A stretch of 63,299 nucleotides of DNA, counting the filler, from Octopus bimaculoides (lineage: Eukaryota), in assembly GCF_001194135.2 (NCBI RefSeq). It is 6 parts of 5 records of this genome, joined end to end, with 100 filler letters (N's around TTAATTAATTAA, not from the genome) between each part and the next. Parts side by side here need not be neighbours in the genome. Positions count along the whole stretch, not along the records: positions 48,251 to 54,217 come from NW_026421422.1; positions 54,318 to 61,871 come from NC_068992.1; positions 61,972 to 63,299 come from NC_068996.1; 3 more parts are not named here. One strand, given 5' to 3'. Below are positions 49,993 to 62,990 of this stretch, piece by piece (the first letter of the stretch is position 1; each line of letters starts with the position of its first letter). Below the pieces are notes generated by a model, which saw nothing but the letters and a program-made list of their open reading frames with translations, had not been told where the DNA came from and ran no database searches. Both the position numbers and the translations under genes were made by a program.

Positions 49993-51178
49993 GTTGAACC
50001 TTTTCTCTCTCTTTCTCTCATTTTCTCTTTTATCATTTTGGGGCAGGGGTCTACTCCTGATGGGGAGAGGGAACTTGAGGATTACACTTAAGCTATTAAC
50101 ATCTAAACCTGCCATATCCAGCCCAAATATTCTTCCTGTTTTATGTTCAAACTGACCAGATTCAACCTCTCACACCTACCCTACAATGTCATTCTAAAAA
50201 TAAACAGTCACATCATTGAAATCATGAAGCTACAACATAATGCATGATTGAAACAATGTGAACGAGAGCACTGAGAGAGCGTAAACCTCCGCCAAGGCAA
50301 CACCAACATCCTCTCAACGATTAGCCAGAGATGATTTTTAAAATGAGAGTATCTGAAATAAACTCGAAATAAGCTCTCACAAACGAGAATACTAAAAATG
50401 AACCCAACCTCTCTCAAAAATTAAGTAAAGCAAATATAAAAATTAATCCAGAATCCTTGTCTGGTACCAGATCGATCCCAAATTCTAATCAGTTTGTGCT
50501 AGTCACGAGGCCAAACATCCCTGAAAGTTTCATCTGAATCCATCCAGTGGTTCTTGAGATATCTTGTCCATGGACAAACAAGCAAACAAAGCTATTATGT
50601 GAAACTATTGTATGTCCAAATTTGGCCAAATGTGTTTTTTTCAATATTTATTTTTGCTTGTAATAGCTGGTAATTTTGGTCAAACTATCGTATCTCCAGC
50701 TGCTTCAGATGCCAAGATATCGAAAATTGTCAAAAAAATGTAGTACAACGGTTTTTTTTATATGGAACGGTTAAACTATTTTCTCGTTTTCTGAGAAAGC
50801 AACGTTTTGGACTTACGACACTTTTGCATAATAGCAACAATATATAATCTTCTCTCCCCCACCCCATCTGTGACATCCCGTCTCCACAACGTTATTAACA
50901 ATCGTAATTTTTGTTTCTTGTTCTCCCTCTTTCACTTTGTCCCGTCCATCGTCTTCTCTCATCACATTCTTTCCTCCATTTTCAAATCCTGTGACCACCA
51001 CCACCACCACCACCATCTTCATCACAATCTACATCAAAAAAAAAAATGGTAAGGAAATTCTCTGAAAGTTCTCTTGGTGTTGTGGTCATCGTCGTTAGAA
51101 TCAGTCAGCATGGGTCTTGACGATGTTGTTTCTGCTGCTGTTATGGTCATAGTAATTTGTTATCATTGGTGTTGTTAA

Positions 51179-51307
51179 CCTTTAGCATGCTGAAGACACA
51201 TAATGTCACCATACGAGTTTTCTCCCCTCTCAGAGTGATACAATGTGCCTGCAGCTACAGAGGAGAAAACTCATACGGCAATATGATGCACCTATGTGTG
51301 CTAAAGG
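51179..51307. mobile_element. piggyBac-type MITE, 129 bp
   Basis: TTAA|cctttagca..tgctaaagg|TTAA, plus an internal inverted repeat gagttttctcc/ggagaaaactc. Confidence 0.8.
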
Positions 51308-51524
51308 TTAACCAGCATCATCATATTGTTGCCTGGGTTTGTTTTCTCCATTTCTTTTTAATATTGTTGTTTTAGTTGTTATTTCTTCATTTCTTTTATA
51401 CTTTATTTTCTAATTTAATTTCTTTTTCCTTTTTGTATTTTAATAAAAATGTTCCATTTGGTCTAATTTTCCTTGCCTCACATTACGCTATGCTGAAGAG
51501 TTCTAATAAGAACGAAATGGCACC

Positions 51525-51795
51525 ACACATGATTGCCTCTAGATCTTTGTAAAGTGAGAGTAAAGTTCCTTCCCAAGTCATGTAAACGCATAAGGGCCGG
51601 TTTCCTAATTTCCACGGCGTGTATATTCCCCACCTGGATGGGATGCCAGTCTGTTGCAGGATTACTCATTTCTGCCAACTGAGTGGACTGGAGCAACATG
51701 AAATGAAGTGTTTTGCTCAAGAACACAATGCGGTGCCCAGTATAGGAATCGAAACCACAATCGTGGGTCCAACACCTCTAACCACTAAGCCACGC
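51525..51795 (-). mobile_element. tRNA-derived SINE (V-SINE-like central domain)
   Basis: Minus-strand head gtggcttagtggttag..gtttcgattcc; core cctgcaacagactggcatcccatccagg. The V-domain assignment is from recall. Confidence 0.75.
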
Positions 51796-52202
51796 ACCTC
51801 TACCTTTGTAATGAGTAACCAAAAAATAATAAAATGCAAACACAGGTGTGCATGTATGGTAAAATGTTTGCTTCCCAATCACATGCTTCCAGGTTCAATC
51901 CCACAGTGTGGGATATATAGGGTATCAGCATCTTTTTAGGCACTGATGTCACAAAATTGCCCAAAGGCCTATTAAAAATTAATTATTTGTGGCAGAAGTA
52001 GGATTAATTGCGAAAGGCCATCCTTGTGTCCAGCTTAATACTGCAGTGTTAGCCTTGAGAAACCTTCTCGGATAGGTGCTTGGTGCATGAAAGCACACAC
52101 CCAGATCATAGCAGACAAGAATCACTGATTTCATTGTATTGGAAACCATGAGTGGGAAGCGTCTAGTAACTGCATGCCAGTCAAATCTCGCTGCCACAAT
52201 AT

Positions 52203-52368
52203 ATACAGGGTGTCCACAAGGTCTGGGTACATGGATTAAATAAAACCATAGCATAAACAATTAAATATAAGAAATAATAATTTCTTAAAGTATGTGTTAA
52301 TCCCCATGTGGGTACATGGAGTAAATAAAATCATAACATAAACAATTAAATATAAGAAATAATAATTT
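52203..52368. mobile_element. Tc1-like terminal fragment with a ~59-bp internal duplication
   Basis: ta-cagggtgtccacaa start; gggtacatgga..aagaaataataattt occurs twice. Confidence 0.6.
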
Positions 52369-52369
52369 T

Positions 52370-52515
52370 TGGCGTTAGGAAGGGCATCCAGCTGTAGAAA
52401 CTCTGCCAAATTAGATTGGAGCCTGGTGTTGCCATCCGGTTTCACCAGTCCTCAATCAAATCGTCCAACCCATGCTAGCATGGAAAGCGGACATTAAACG
52501 ATGATGATGATGATA
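52370..52515 (+). mobile_element. SINE family D 3' fragment with (GAT)n tail
   Basis: Near identical to 48509-48650. Confidence 0.88.
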
Positions 52516-52589
52516 AAGTATAGGATTATCAAATGGCATATCGGACAATGATGCTTCTTTACAAGGCATGAACACCCCAACCACATCTT

Positions 52590-53700
52590 TCCTGTCCCTT
52601 TCCGTCTCTGTGGAAAACCTCAGAGCTAAATGGCTATCTCTGATATAAAAATTTGCAGTGGATAGTATTTGTCTGTGGAAACTTGTAAATTCTTCTGCAT
52701 CTTCCACAAACATGGAAATAAGTTTCTATGTAGATTTTTTTTTGATGTTTCTGTATTTTCTTAATAACTGGGTTTCGATATAGGTTGCATTGTGCAAACT
52801 CATTGGCACCCACCACTTTCTGTGGACAGTTGTTCTCAGTGGGTAAAACCTGATAGCATCCATTTTTGCCTCTGTGGAAAATCTTTGCCCATCACTTTTG
52901 TTGCATCCATCACTTCAACAGAAACGCTTTCTTTGTGTGTGTTTCACTGTTTTTGTGGAAATAATTTTTCTACATGTGTGTAAATTTTGTTGCATCCCTA
53001 CCTTTGTGGAAATGCTTTCTGTCTATGTTAATCTTATCACCTACCACTTCTGTGGAAATGCTTTCTCTGTGTGTAAATTTTATCAGTCAACACCTCTGTG
53101 GAAGTGCCTTCCTTTTGTGTAAATTTTGTTGCATCCTTTACCTCTGTGGAAATGCTTTTTGTACGAATTTTGTTGCATCCTTTACCTCTGTGGAAATACT
53201 TTTTCTGAGTGTAAATTTCTATCATCCGACACTGTTGTGGAATTTTTTTCTTTTTTTCCCTGTGTGTACATTTAGTTGCATCCAACATCTGTGTGGAAAT
53301 TTTATCATTCATCACCTCTGTAGAAATGCTTTTTTTGTGTGTGTAGAAATTTTGTTGCATCCAACCCGATATAGAAATGCTTTTGTGTGTAAATATTGTT
53401 GCATTCGCCACCTCTGTGGAAAGTAGTTCCATAAAGGTGGAGGTACACGCAACAAAGCATTTCCACAGTGTGGAAATTTAGTGAAATTTTTGTTTTTATA
53501 TGTTGTCATTGACCAGAACTGTGGAAATGTTTCTGTGTTAATTTTGTATCGTTTGTCTTCTGTGTGGAAATTTTGTTACATCCAGCCCCCATTCTATGGA
53601 TTTATTTTTACATTTCTCTGTGTGCAAGCTCATTTTAACTTTTAGTATCTCTATGGAGATATTCCTTCATAATTTATCATGCATTTTTTCTCTGTGGAAA
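52590..53700. repeat. Degenerate ~45-bp minisatellite (approximate consensus tgtaaattttgttgcatccaacacctctgtggaaatgctttctgtg)
   Basis: About 20 recurrences of tgtggaaa at ~45-bp spacing in the core. Confidence 0.88.
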
Positions 53701-55354
53701 TGTGTGTGTGTGTGTGTGTATATATATATACCCACATTAATGTTTGTATTTGTATATTTATCTGCCCACAACACTGTGTGTGTGTATAGGTGGGTGAGTA
53801 CAAATATATATGTACATGTGTGTGTGTGTGTGTGTGTGCATACATGCTTGTATATGTGTATATATATATGTGTATTTGTTTGTGTGTGTATGTATGTATG
53901 TATCTATATATATATATATATATGCGAGTAAAAATAAATACAAAAAAGGTGGGTTTTTTTGTATGATTGTGTATAGAGGAATATATTATTTTGCTTAAAA
54001 GCGTTCCAACACTGTCTGTTTTTTATGTTTTATTTATATTCCTGCAGAACTAATGTGGGGTATAGAATATGGAATATACAATATATAATATAATATGATA
54101 TACAATATACAATATAAAATGAAATAAAATAAAAATGGATGAAATATTGAGTGTTCAATATAAAGGATCAAATATATAAATATATAAATATAAATATATA
54201 TATATATAAAGGCGACTNNNNNNNNNNNNNNNNNNNNNNNNNNNNNNNNNNNNNNNNNNNNTTAATTAATTAANNNNNNNNNNNNNNNNNNNNNNNNNNN
54301 NNNNNNNNNNNNNNNNNGCTGCAAATATTGATGAAAGTACCAGAAACACATTTTAAAGATCACTAACATTTATTTCCTTTGTCTATAAATATTATTTAAG
54401 TTTATGTTTGTAAAGTGTATACATGAATGTGTATACACATATACGCGGTTCAGTACCATATTATCCAATAATAAATTTAATTTGATGCTTTTTGGAGTTA
54501 TTCTAATAAATATTTTGAATTCATCTTCTGAAAGAGATAAGTAAATTATCTTCAAATATTTAAATTATCCGTCAGCATGTGCGTATAAACACGTATGTTG
54601 TTGAGAGAGCGCATTTCATGGTGTAAATACAAGTGTGCATTACACTTTCCTAGATATAATTTCAATTAATATGTTTGATTGATCTGTGATTAATACAGGG
54701 TGCATACAGTGAAACATTACGTCTAACAAAATAAAGATACATAAATAAAATAAAAATATCCCGGATAGGTTTGTATTCAGTTATTTAATCAAATACGAAT
54801 TGAGATGTTTGATAGACCTTGTCATTCGCGTATGGTCTAACTATTTAAAGATAGCTTGTACAATGCATGGAGAAGGTGCAAAATTGGCAAATAGAGCAAA
54901 ATGAGTAATTTCTGATTTTTCGTTGAGATGTGACTAATTTCAATTTCTTCTCTATAACTGCATGGTGCGTAAATTTATGAGGAAGAGAACCACTCCAGCA
55001 GATCGTGAAGAAGCCATAGAAAATAACTTCTGTTAGGTTTTTAGATTTAGTCTAGTTTCATTAATTTCATATCATGTACCATTCTTCCATGACCCTCTTT
55101 TAATTTGACAAAGATAATATTTAAATTTTGTTACATTTTTAATCCTTCTGATGTCTGAAAATGGATATTGATGTGTATGAGCCTTTTTTTTTTCTTTTTT
55201 TGCAAATATAGCTCTGGAGAATGAAAAGGCAAATTTACCCTATTTTGACTTACTCATTTTGACCCGTCTAAATACATCGTTTTTATGCTCTAAGAGAATG
55301 GAAATAATTTTGTGAAATAGTGTGCAGATTGGTAAATTGTTTTAAATGCATTTA

Positions 55355-55553
55355 AAAGTACAAGCGACCACACGCAGATCCGTGAAGCGTTCCATGCATT
55401 TTTTTTTAGGTGTAAGCGTGCCTATGTGGTAAGGTTCTCAACCACATGGTACGTGACACCTTGGGTAAGTGTCTTTTTTTTTATTGCTTCGAGCCGACGA
55501 AAGCCTTGTGAGTGGATTTGATAGGCGGAAATTGAAAGAAGACCGTTCTGTTG

Positions 55554-55643
<90 letters not shown>

Positions 55644-55833
55644 ACGTGCTTCTTTCAGTTTCCGCCTACCAAATACACTCACAAGGCTTTCGTCGGCTCG
55701 AGGCTATATAAAAAGACACTTACCCAAGGTGCCACGTACCGTGTGGTTGAGAATCTTACCGCATAGCCACGCTTACACCTAAAAAAAAATGTATGGAACG
55801 CTTCACGGATCTGCGTGTGGACGCTTATACTTT
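55355..55833. repeat. Long inverted repeat: ~205-bp arms (flank plus SINE A head) around a (CA)n(TA)n spacer
   Basis: 55355-55563 is the reverse complement of ~55634-55833, about 90% identical by eye. Confidence 0.93.
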
Positions 55834-56494
55834 GACGAAGAATTTAAAAACTATCATCATTATCTAAATTTTTAACACTAATTATCAATACTTAGACGAA
55901 ATCATAATAGATAACACTAGAATTCCGCCGTCTCATCTGTCATTATAACAACAAGGTAAGGTGGGATTCCATCCGTAAAAAAATAGTTATATGTTGTGTA
56001 TGTACAATGTTAGCCAAACATTATATTTTTTATCTAGAGCCAGCAATATTCATGAAACAGAATGTGATTCGTGCTAAAAAAAAAAAAACTCTTTAGTAAA
56101 CAGACGTGTTAAATATAAAGTAATGCATATAACTGAATTTTCCGGTCGGAAAGAGATTAGAAATCTTGTCCTAAAAATATAATATAAAATGATGCAGAGT
56201 ACAATAACAAAATCGTAGCCGACAGCAGTGTAAAGTTAGGTAGCGGAAACATTAAAGCTAGCAACAGACTACTACTACAGATGCGTTCTCTAATAGCCCA
56301 CGGCAGTTCATATAAAGTAAAAATCTTGGTTTGAACGAATAGATGAATACCAAAATTTCTTTACATGTAACAGGAAATAAAACATAAGAAGCGGCTGGAA
56401 ATATTAACGTCAAAGATCGGTCATAAACAACTGGATGGAGGGAAATAAATACACCCATATGAGAGTAAGGCAACACACGAAATTTTTAATGGGT

Positions 56495-56856
56495 AATTTT
56501 GGTTATCTCACCCCCATTAAAAAATGGGTTATCTCCCCACTAAAAATCGAGTTAATGTGGCAATAAGAAATTGGATTAAAAGAGTTAGATCTTTTTGATT
56601 CAATACTCCAATACATTGTTGACGTTTGGCCTCCTCAGTAGGCATGGCATGATTTGCTATAAAAATATTAGATTCAAAATAATGTTTCATCTTCTCACTT
56701 TTTATATTTATTAATGTTTTTCATCTTTTTTAATTTGCCTTATTGAGGGTTAAACAACTTTTTTAGTTGAAGGAGATAACCAAAAGTACCGATATTTCTC
56801 GTAAAACGGGAGGAGATAAATCAATTCTTTAATAGGTGTGAGATAACCAAAAGTAC
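56495..56856. mobile_element. Putative MITE with ~45-bp imperfect TIRs
   Basis: ttttggttatctcac.. versus ..gtgagataaccaaaa; a third internal copy of ggagataaccaaaagtac. Confidence 0.5.
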
Positions 56857-57049
56857 TTTTTAATGTACTGATGTATGTATTAGTTAGGCAAACGTAAATG
56901 AAACACAATGAGGATACACTCATGATATTGAGCCTACAACCTTAGAAATTAAATTGTATTTTTAAAGATACATAAATTTAAGCTTCTGAACTGAACACTA
57001 CAAGATGTTAGCTAGATATTTACATGAATTCTGAACTGCTGTTGTTACT

Positions 57050-58000
57050 GGAAATTTCAAGTTCAATGAAAATATAGATTAGAAAAAACCCTTCAACTAT
57101 CTATCATGACTGAATATAAAATCATCATTAGGACAGCTAATAAAGTTGGAGAGAAACAGGAACCAAAACTGACCCTGACTACTCTCCAAGAAACATTAGA
57201 ATTTATTAGTTAGCACCGCAAAAATAATGACAAATATACATGCCAATGAGAAAGGTGACATAGCACAAGAAACGAAATTCAGCAATAGATAGAATAAATC
57301 ACTCTATGCCTTTTACATGGTGCAACATAAGATATAATAATCCATCTTGAGATTTACCTCTGTGCAATCCAAAGAAGGAAATCATATAATTTCCATGCGA
57401 AAATAAAAGCATCAGCTTGCAAAAATAAATGAGCTAAGCATAACCTAATCTGAAAGCATTAGCCACAATATAGCAACGGTGAAATATGACCCCCACCTAT
57501 GAGGAATAATGTAATTTTTAAATAGTTTTTAAAACTATCAACCGCGTTTATAAACGAATTAGTGGTAACTAAATATAAAACAAAAATATTTTAAAAAGAA
57601 CATATTAAATTGTTGTTTGGGACTATACAACAAACAAAACATAGTATTATCAAATTCATTGTCTACAAGACGTTAATAATGTTAAAAAATACAGGAGGAA
57701 AAAAAGACTTCCTTGTATCTTTTATGAGGAATTTGCAAACATTGTACAGAAATTACACCTTCAGCTTTATACATATTATTAATAAGGCAGAAGGCTATGT
57801 ACAAAGCCAATTTGATCAAAGACTTGCTGAACATGCATTCTTGGACGGTAAAATTCTGCAATCTCCTTCAAAGTTAAAGGGTGAAAACATAACAAAAAGA
57901 ATGGTGCGGTTTTTTATTATATTTTCTTTACATCCTTACCAACGAGTCGAGCGGTCGAAACTCAGACTAAAAGTCCGATCGAGAAACAACATAGATTCAT
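57050..58000 (+). mobile_element. Highly decayed Penelope-like element
   Basis: IIIRTANK (cf. IIIKPADKG), a frameshifted IATxxxMTPTY (cf. IAMGTxMAPTYA), and GYVQSQFDQRLAEH (GIY-YIG second motif-like). Confidence 0.4.
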
Positions 58001-58739
58001 AAATACACAATCTAAATTTACTCCTACACATATATTTTGAAGTGAAACAAGCTAGTTGTTTATACTGTGTTCAAAAGTTAGTGTCTAGTTTGATATTATA
58101 GCCACAAACCATTCAGAGAGTTTGTTTGCACTATTCTTATTTATAGGTTTCCATTCACTCGTACACGTTTTACCGATTCACTTATAGTTGGAAGGCTGTT
58201 TGCTTAGTTAGCTTATGTTTTGTTTACAGAAATCCATTTAATTTCCAGTTCATCATGATCATTATCATCATAATTGTCATCAGCACTGTAGTCATGATTA
58301 TCACTACCACCACCACGACCACCACCACAATAACTACCATTATTGCCATCGTTGTTGTCGTCGTAGCTAAAGTTACTAGAAATCCTATGAACCAAATTAG
58401 AACCATCACTATTAACAACATCACTATCACACATCGCCATTCATTATCATTATCATTATCGGCCTTCTCTATAAATCTTACAATTATTGTCACTTCAGCT
58501 AAGCCATAGCCTACCACCACTGCCAGTGACATTTGTGCCGGGAACATTATCATCAACAACATAACCATCATCATAATTATCATCAACGTCATCACTATCA
58601 TTAACGTCGTCATCATGAAATAGGCAGAATCTTGTGTAGTGACTCATCAGAATAATCAGTACAATTACTACTTCATCTTGTAGTAATTAGTGAAAGGCGC
58701 TGAGTTAATAAACCTGATGTGTGCTCATCATGTGGCCGG

Positions 58740-59555
58740 GAGTATATTTTATTCACTTTGCTAATTCTGAATAGTTGAGGTCTTTCTTGTTGCAAAAGGA
58801 CATAGTTACAAGGCACTGCGTCTCTTTAGCAAATACCTTTTGGAGCAAGTTGATAGTTTCCAAGAGACAAATTAATCGCCACAGACTACTTTGTTTGTAT
58901 GTGATTCTTAAAAGAAATCCATTCTTGAGGGATGGAAATCTTTCACTTCAACTCAATGAAATAGCAACGTTTGAAAGCTTGCATTATGCTACTTTCTCGT
59001 CACAAAAAGGAATCATTTTTTGAATCGGATTGTAGCATCTGATAAGAAATGGATCCAATACAAAAACCGTAAACGTTCAGCACAGTGGTTGGACAAAGAC
59101 GAGCCACCAAAACACAGTTCAAAAAGCAAAATTCATCAAAAGAAGATGATAGTGTGAGTTTGATTGTCTAGCGCAGGTGTGATCCATTATGATTTCCTTA
59201 AATCTGGTTCATCAATCACGGCCGAAGTATACTGCAGCCAACTGGACTACATGAGGCAGAAGCTTACCAAAACAAGCAGCCTAGATTACTCAACAGATCC
59301 ACTCCTATTTTATTGTAAGACAACCCCAGACATTTGGATAACTTTTTGATAGGGAAAATCATTTAATTCCGACGATACTGTAAAACAGGCCTTCCCAAAT
59401 TTTATTGATTCTAGATTGCCAGGCTTTTACAGTTCCGGAATGGACAAGCTACCGCTGAACTGGCAAAAGTATATTAACAATATGGTTGCATCCTTGTATT
59501 CATAAAATAATAGCAAACTTTTGCTTTTCTACAAATTTCATACTTGATGACCTAA
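58740..59555 (+). mobile_element. Mariner, central to 3' part with right TIR
   Basis: NHFLNRIVASDKKWIQYKNRKRSAQWLDKDEPPKH..SSAGVIHYDFLKSG..ITAEVYC; TIR caaatttcatacttgatgacctaa followed by TA. Confidence 0.85.
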
Positions 59556-59575
59556 TATGTATATATGCGCGCGTG

Positions 59576-59606
<31 letters not shown>

Positions 59607-59659
59607 NNNNNNNNNNTGTGTGTGTGTGTGTGCGTGCCTATCTATTAATCGTGGTCTCT

Positions 59660-59910
59660 TGAAACAAGAAAAACAGTTCTGCAATTTCTTGCTGATGAAC
59701 TCGCACCTATAATTTTTTTATAGTCATCAATTGTCTACGCTACTCATAGGCTCGTTCACTCGATGAAATTGTTATTGTCTGCACAGGTGCACGGTGTACC
59801 ACATGCTTGATGTCAAAGAGCAGTTTCGCTCCAGAATACAAGGTACCACTTGTTTCGGGATACGAACCCTCAAGCTTACAATCGCAAATGCAACACTAGA
59901 CCACACATCC
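59660..59910 (-). mobile_element. Degenerate tRNA-derived SINE
   Basis: Minus-strand head gtgtggtctagtg..gggttcgtatcc. Confidence 0.5.
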
Positions 59911-60369
59911 TCACACACACACATACATAAATACACATTATTGACATATAAGAATTGATAAATTTTTAGAACTTGTGATATTATTCTTTTCCGGAACGGT
60001 AGAACTGGAAGCAGATACTTTTCATTTCTGACAAAGTACTATTCAGGAAACGTCACGAACACTCTTTTTTTACCAAGCGTGAAACTAAAGCAGTCTCTGA
60101 GCACGTTCTCAAATTGTTTTGTTACTGTTATTTTCATGTTCATTTATTCGATTTTACATTAAAAGTCATTAACAACAGCGCGTGTTTCCTGTTTTAAACA
60201 CCTTTTTGGATAGAAAAGGTTGAAGGCTGCCTTGAACTATTCAATGTGGATTTCAACCCAATATTTACACGCTATTGTTTATTGCTTTATCTGCTTCAAG
60301 ATCCACCATTTTTATATATACATCCATCCATCCATCTACCCATTCATACATACATGCACACATACATGC

Positions 60370-60408
<39 letters not shown>

Positions 60409-61971
60409 NNNNNNNNNNNNNNNNNNNNNNNNNNNNNNNNNNNNNNNNNNNNNNNNNNNNNNNNNNNNNNNNNNNNNNNNNNNNNNNNNNNNNNNNNNNN
60501 NNNNNNNNNNNNNNNNNNNNNNNNNNNNNNNNNNNNNNNNNNNNNNNNNNNNNNNNNNNNNNNNNNNNNNNNNNNNNNNNNNNNNNNNNNNNNNNNNNNN
60601 NNNNNNNNNNNNNNNNNNNNNNNNNNNNNNNNNNNNNNNNNNNNNNNNNNNNNNNNNNNNNNNNNNNNNNNNNNNNNNNNNNNNNNNNNNNNNNNNNNNN
60701 NNNNNNNNNNNNNNNNNNNNNNNNNNNNNNNNNNNNNNNNNNNNNNNNNNNNNNNNNNNNNNNNNNNNNNNNNNNNNNNNNNNNNNNNNNNNNNNNNNNN
60801 NNNNNNNNNNNNNNNNNNNNNNNNNNNNAGGGTCTATATATATATATATATATATATTTATATGATCAGAAATTTGATGTGAGAACCGTAAATTTTGATG
60901 ACGTATTTATGATAGAGACTACCGAGTAATAAACCTGTGTGTATACGTCATGTGCAGACATTGTTCTACACTATGTAGGCCTAATACTGAATTCAAAACT
61001 ATTTCTCTTCTGTTTGTACAAGAATGTTATGAATAAATGTCTTTTTTACATTCGGAAGGATATCATGTCTGTAAAATAATTTACATTTTTTAAAGAAACA
61101 GTATATACTTTATACTCTATTTCATAATTCTCACTGGTCACGACTTTTATCTCAAATATTTGAATAGAATTGGTACATTTAAGATCTATATAAAACATAT
61201 GAGTATAGATATATATGTACACATGTACTGAAAGTGTGAAATGAAACACCTTCAAAATTCAAGCTGTTTTAGCTCCAGTGTATCTCAGTAAGAATATATA
61301 TAGAGAAAAAGGGTTAAAATTCCTACTACGCCGTTTTACTGCTTTAGTTTTCGCAACTACCATCTGAGCAAAATTACCAATAGCAACAGCAATGATAATA
61401 ATAACAAAACCAAAATATAGAAATAAGGATAAAATATGCATAGATATTTCCGATATCATGTTAAAGGTTATCTTAGTTGATCTCACCTCATTGATCTTAG
61501 TGTTAACTGCAGGATGAAAGAAGTGCGTAGTAAAGAAAAACGCAAGTGTGTCTGTGAAGAATAGCAGCAAGAGAAACCTGAAGTTACAGTGTGAGTGAGC
61601 GATAATGACAGAAACAAGAAAAGTAAGCGGTTTAAATGCTGTCCAATTCTGATATGAGGTCAACTCCTTCAGATGCCACTTGCCTGCTAACTGACAAACT
61701 ATTTCGAAGCTAAAATAGCTAAAAGTTTTTCAAGACATCAAATTGAAAACAGAAGATCAGAAAGTTTACCATGACAATTGACGATGTATACATAGATATA
61801 AATACACACACATATACATATTTATATACATAGATACACACATATATATATGTATATATATATATATATATNNNNNNNNNNNNNNNNNNNNNNNNNNNNN
61901 NNNNNNNNNNNNNNNTTAATTAATTAANNNNNNNNNNNNNNNNNNNNNNNNNNNNNNNNNNNNNNNNNNNN

Positions 61972-62375
61972 CATATATAAAAGGTGGCTGACTGTTTTCC
62001 AGTAGCATTTGTAACCGCATCCAGTTCTATTTAGCAATTCAGTTAAAGGTGTGAGTGCCAGGCAGAACAGGAGCGGAGAGAGCGTGTCTCCCTGGAATAT
62101 TCCTCTTCTAATGAGGATGGCTTTCGTTTTCACAAATCCCTCTTTTGTTTGGAGCTGTAGCACTGTCTGCCATTTGTTCATTGAGTGCCTTATGTATTTT
62201 ATAATAATTGGTGCCACCTTGTTTATGGCTAGTGTTTCCAGAATCCACGTGTGGGGAACACTGTCGAAAGCCTTTTGGTAGTCCACTCAGGCCATACTGA
62301 GGCCTTTCTTCTTTCTGCGGCTGTCTTCAGTTATGGCTTTATTGATCAATAATTGATCTTTACAGCCGTATGAGC
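61972..62375 (-). mobile_element. R4/Dong-type RT core fragment
   Basis: GCKDQLLINKAI..DYQKAFDSVPHTWI..RRGIFQGDTLSPLLFCLAL..HLLYM; one stop, runs into a gap. Confidence 0.92.
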
Positions 62376-62379
62376 ATGT

Positions 62380-62960
62380 TTGTTACAATCACTTGACGGG
62401 ACACACCCAGCGTCCTGGAGCGAGTGAAGGAAAAGAGATGTTATAGTATGACTTAAAGCTTGGTGAGGGCAAGTGAAATGGGCAGTAGCAAAGTATCTTC
62501 AATCATATCTTTAGTATCTTACATTTATAGGGTTTTTCTAAGGATGTGGGTAGTACTTGTCAGCACAATCTTTTGAATTTCTCTGAGACATGGTTCTCCT
62601 GAGATCTTATCTAGATGTTTCTGACATCCCTTTCTTATCATACCTAGTGCACCGACAAATACAGCTTTAAAATGCTGCATCTTTTGTAATTGAATTTCCA
62701 GGTCCTTAAAATTGCTTAAATTGTCAAATTCCTTTACCGTTGTATTTTTTATCAGTAGGAACACTTAAATTTATTAGTTTACAAGTCTTTTCTTCCCAGT
62801 CTTTAATGACAATGTCAGGTCGATTAGCCTGGATCAGTCTGTCAGAGTTCACTGGAAAATCCGAGAAGATAGTGATATTTTTACTTTCAACGTCTGGTTC
62901 TGGAAGTGCGAACCAGTAAGCAGTAGTGCTGATTGGTTCATACCAGTAAGCAGGAGATCT
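62380..62960 (-). mobile_element. R4/Dong-type 3' fragment (RLE domain plus 3' UTR)
   Basis: ITIFSDFPVNSDRLIQANRPDIVIKD..; FKDLEIQLQKM..VGALGMIRKG..QKIVLTSTTHILRKTL. Confidence 0.88.
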
Positions 62961-62990
62961 AATATTATTATTATTATTATTATTATTATT

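Noticed and set aside
52590-53700. CRISPR-like array
   Set aside because: The spacers are homologous to each other, the repeats are degenerate, the context is eukaryotic, and there are no cas genes.
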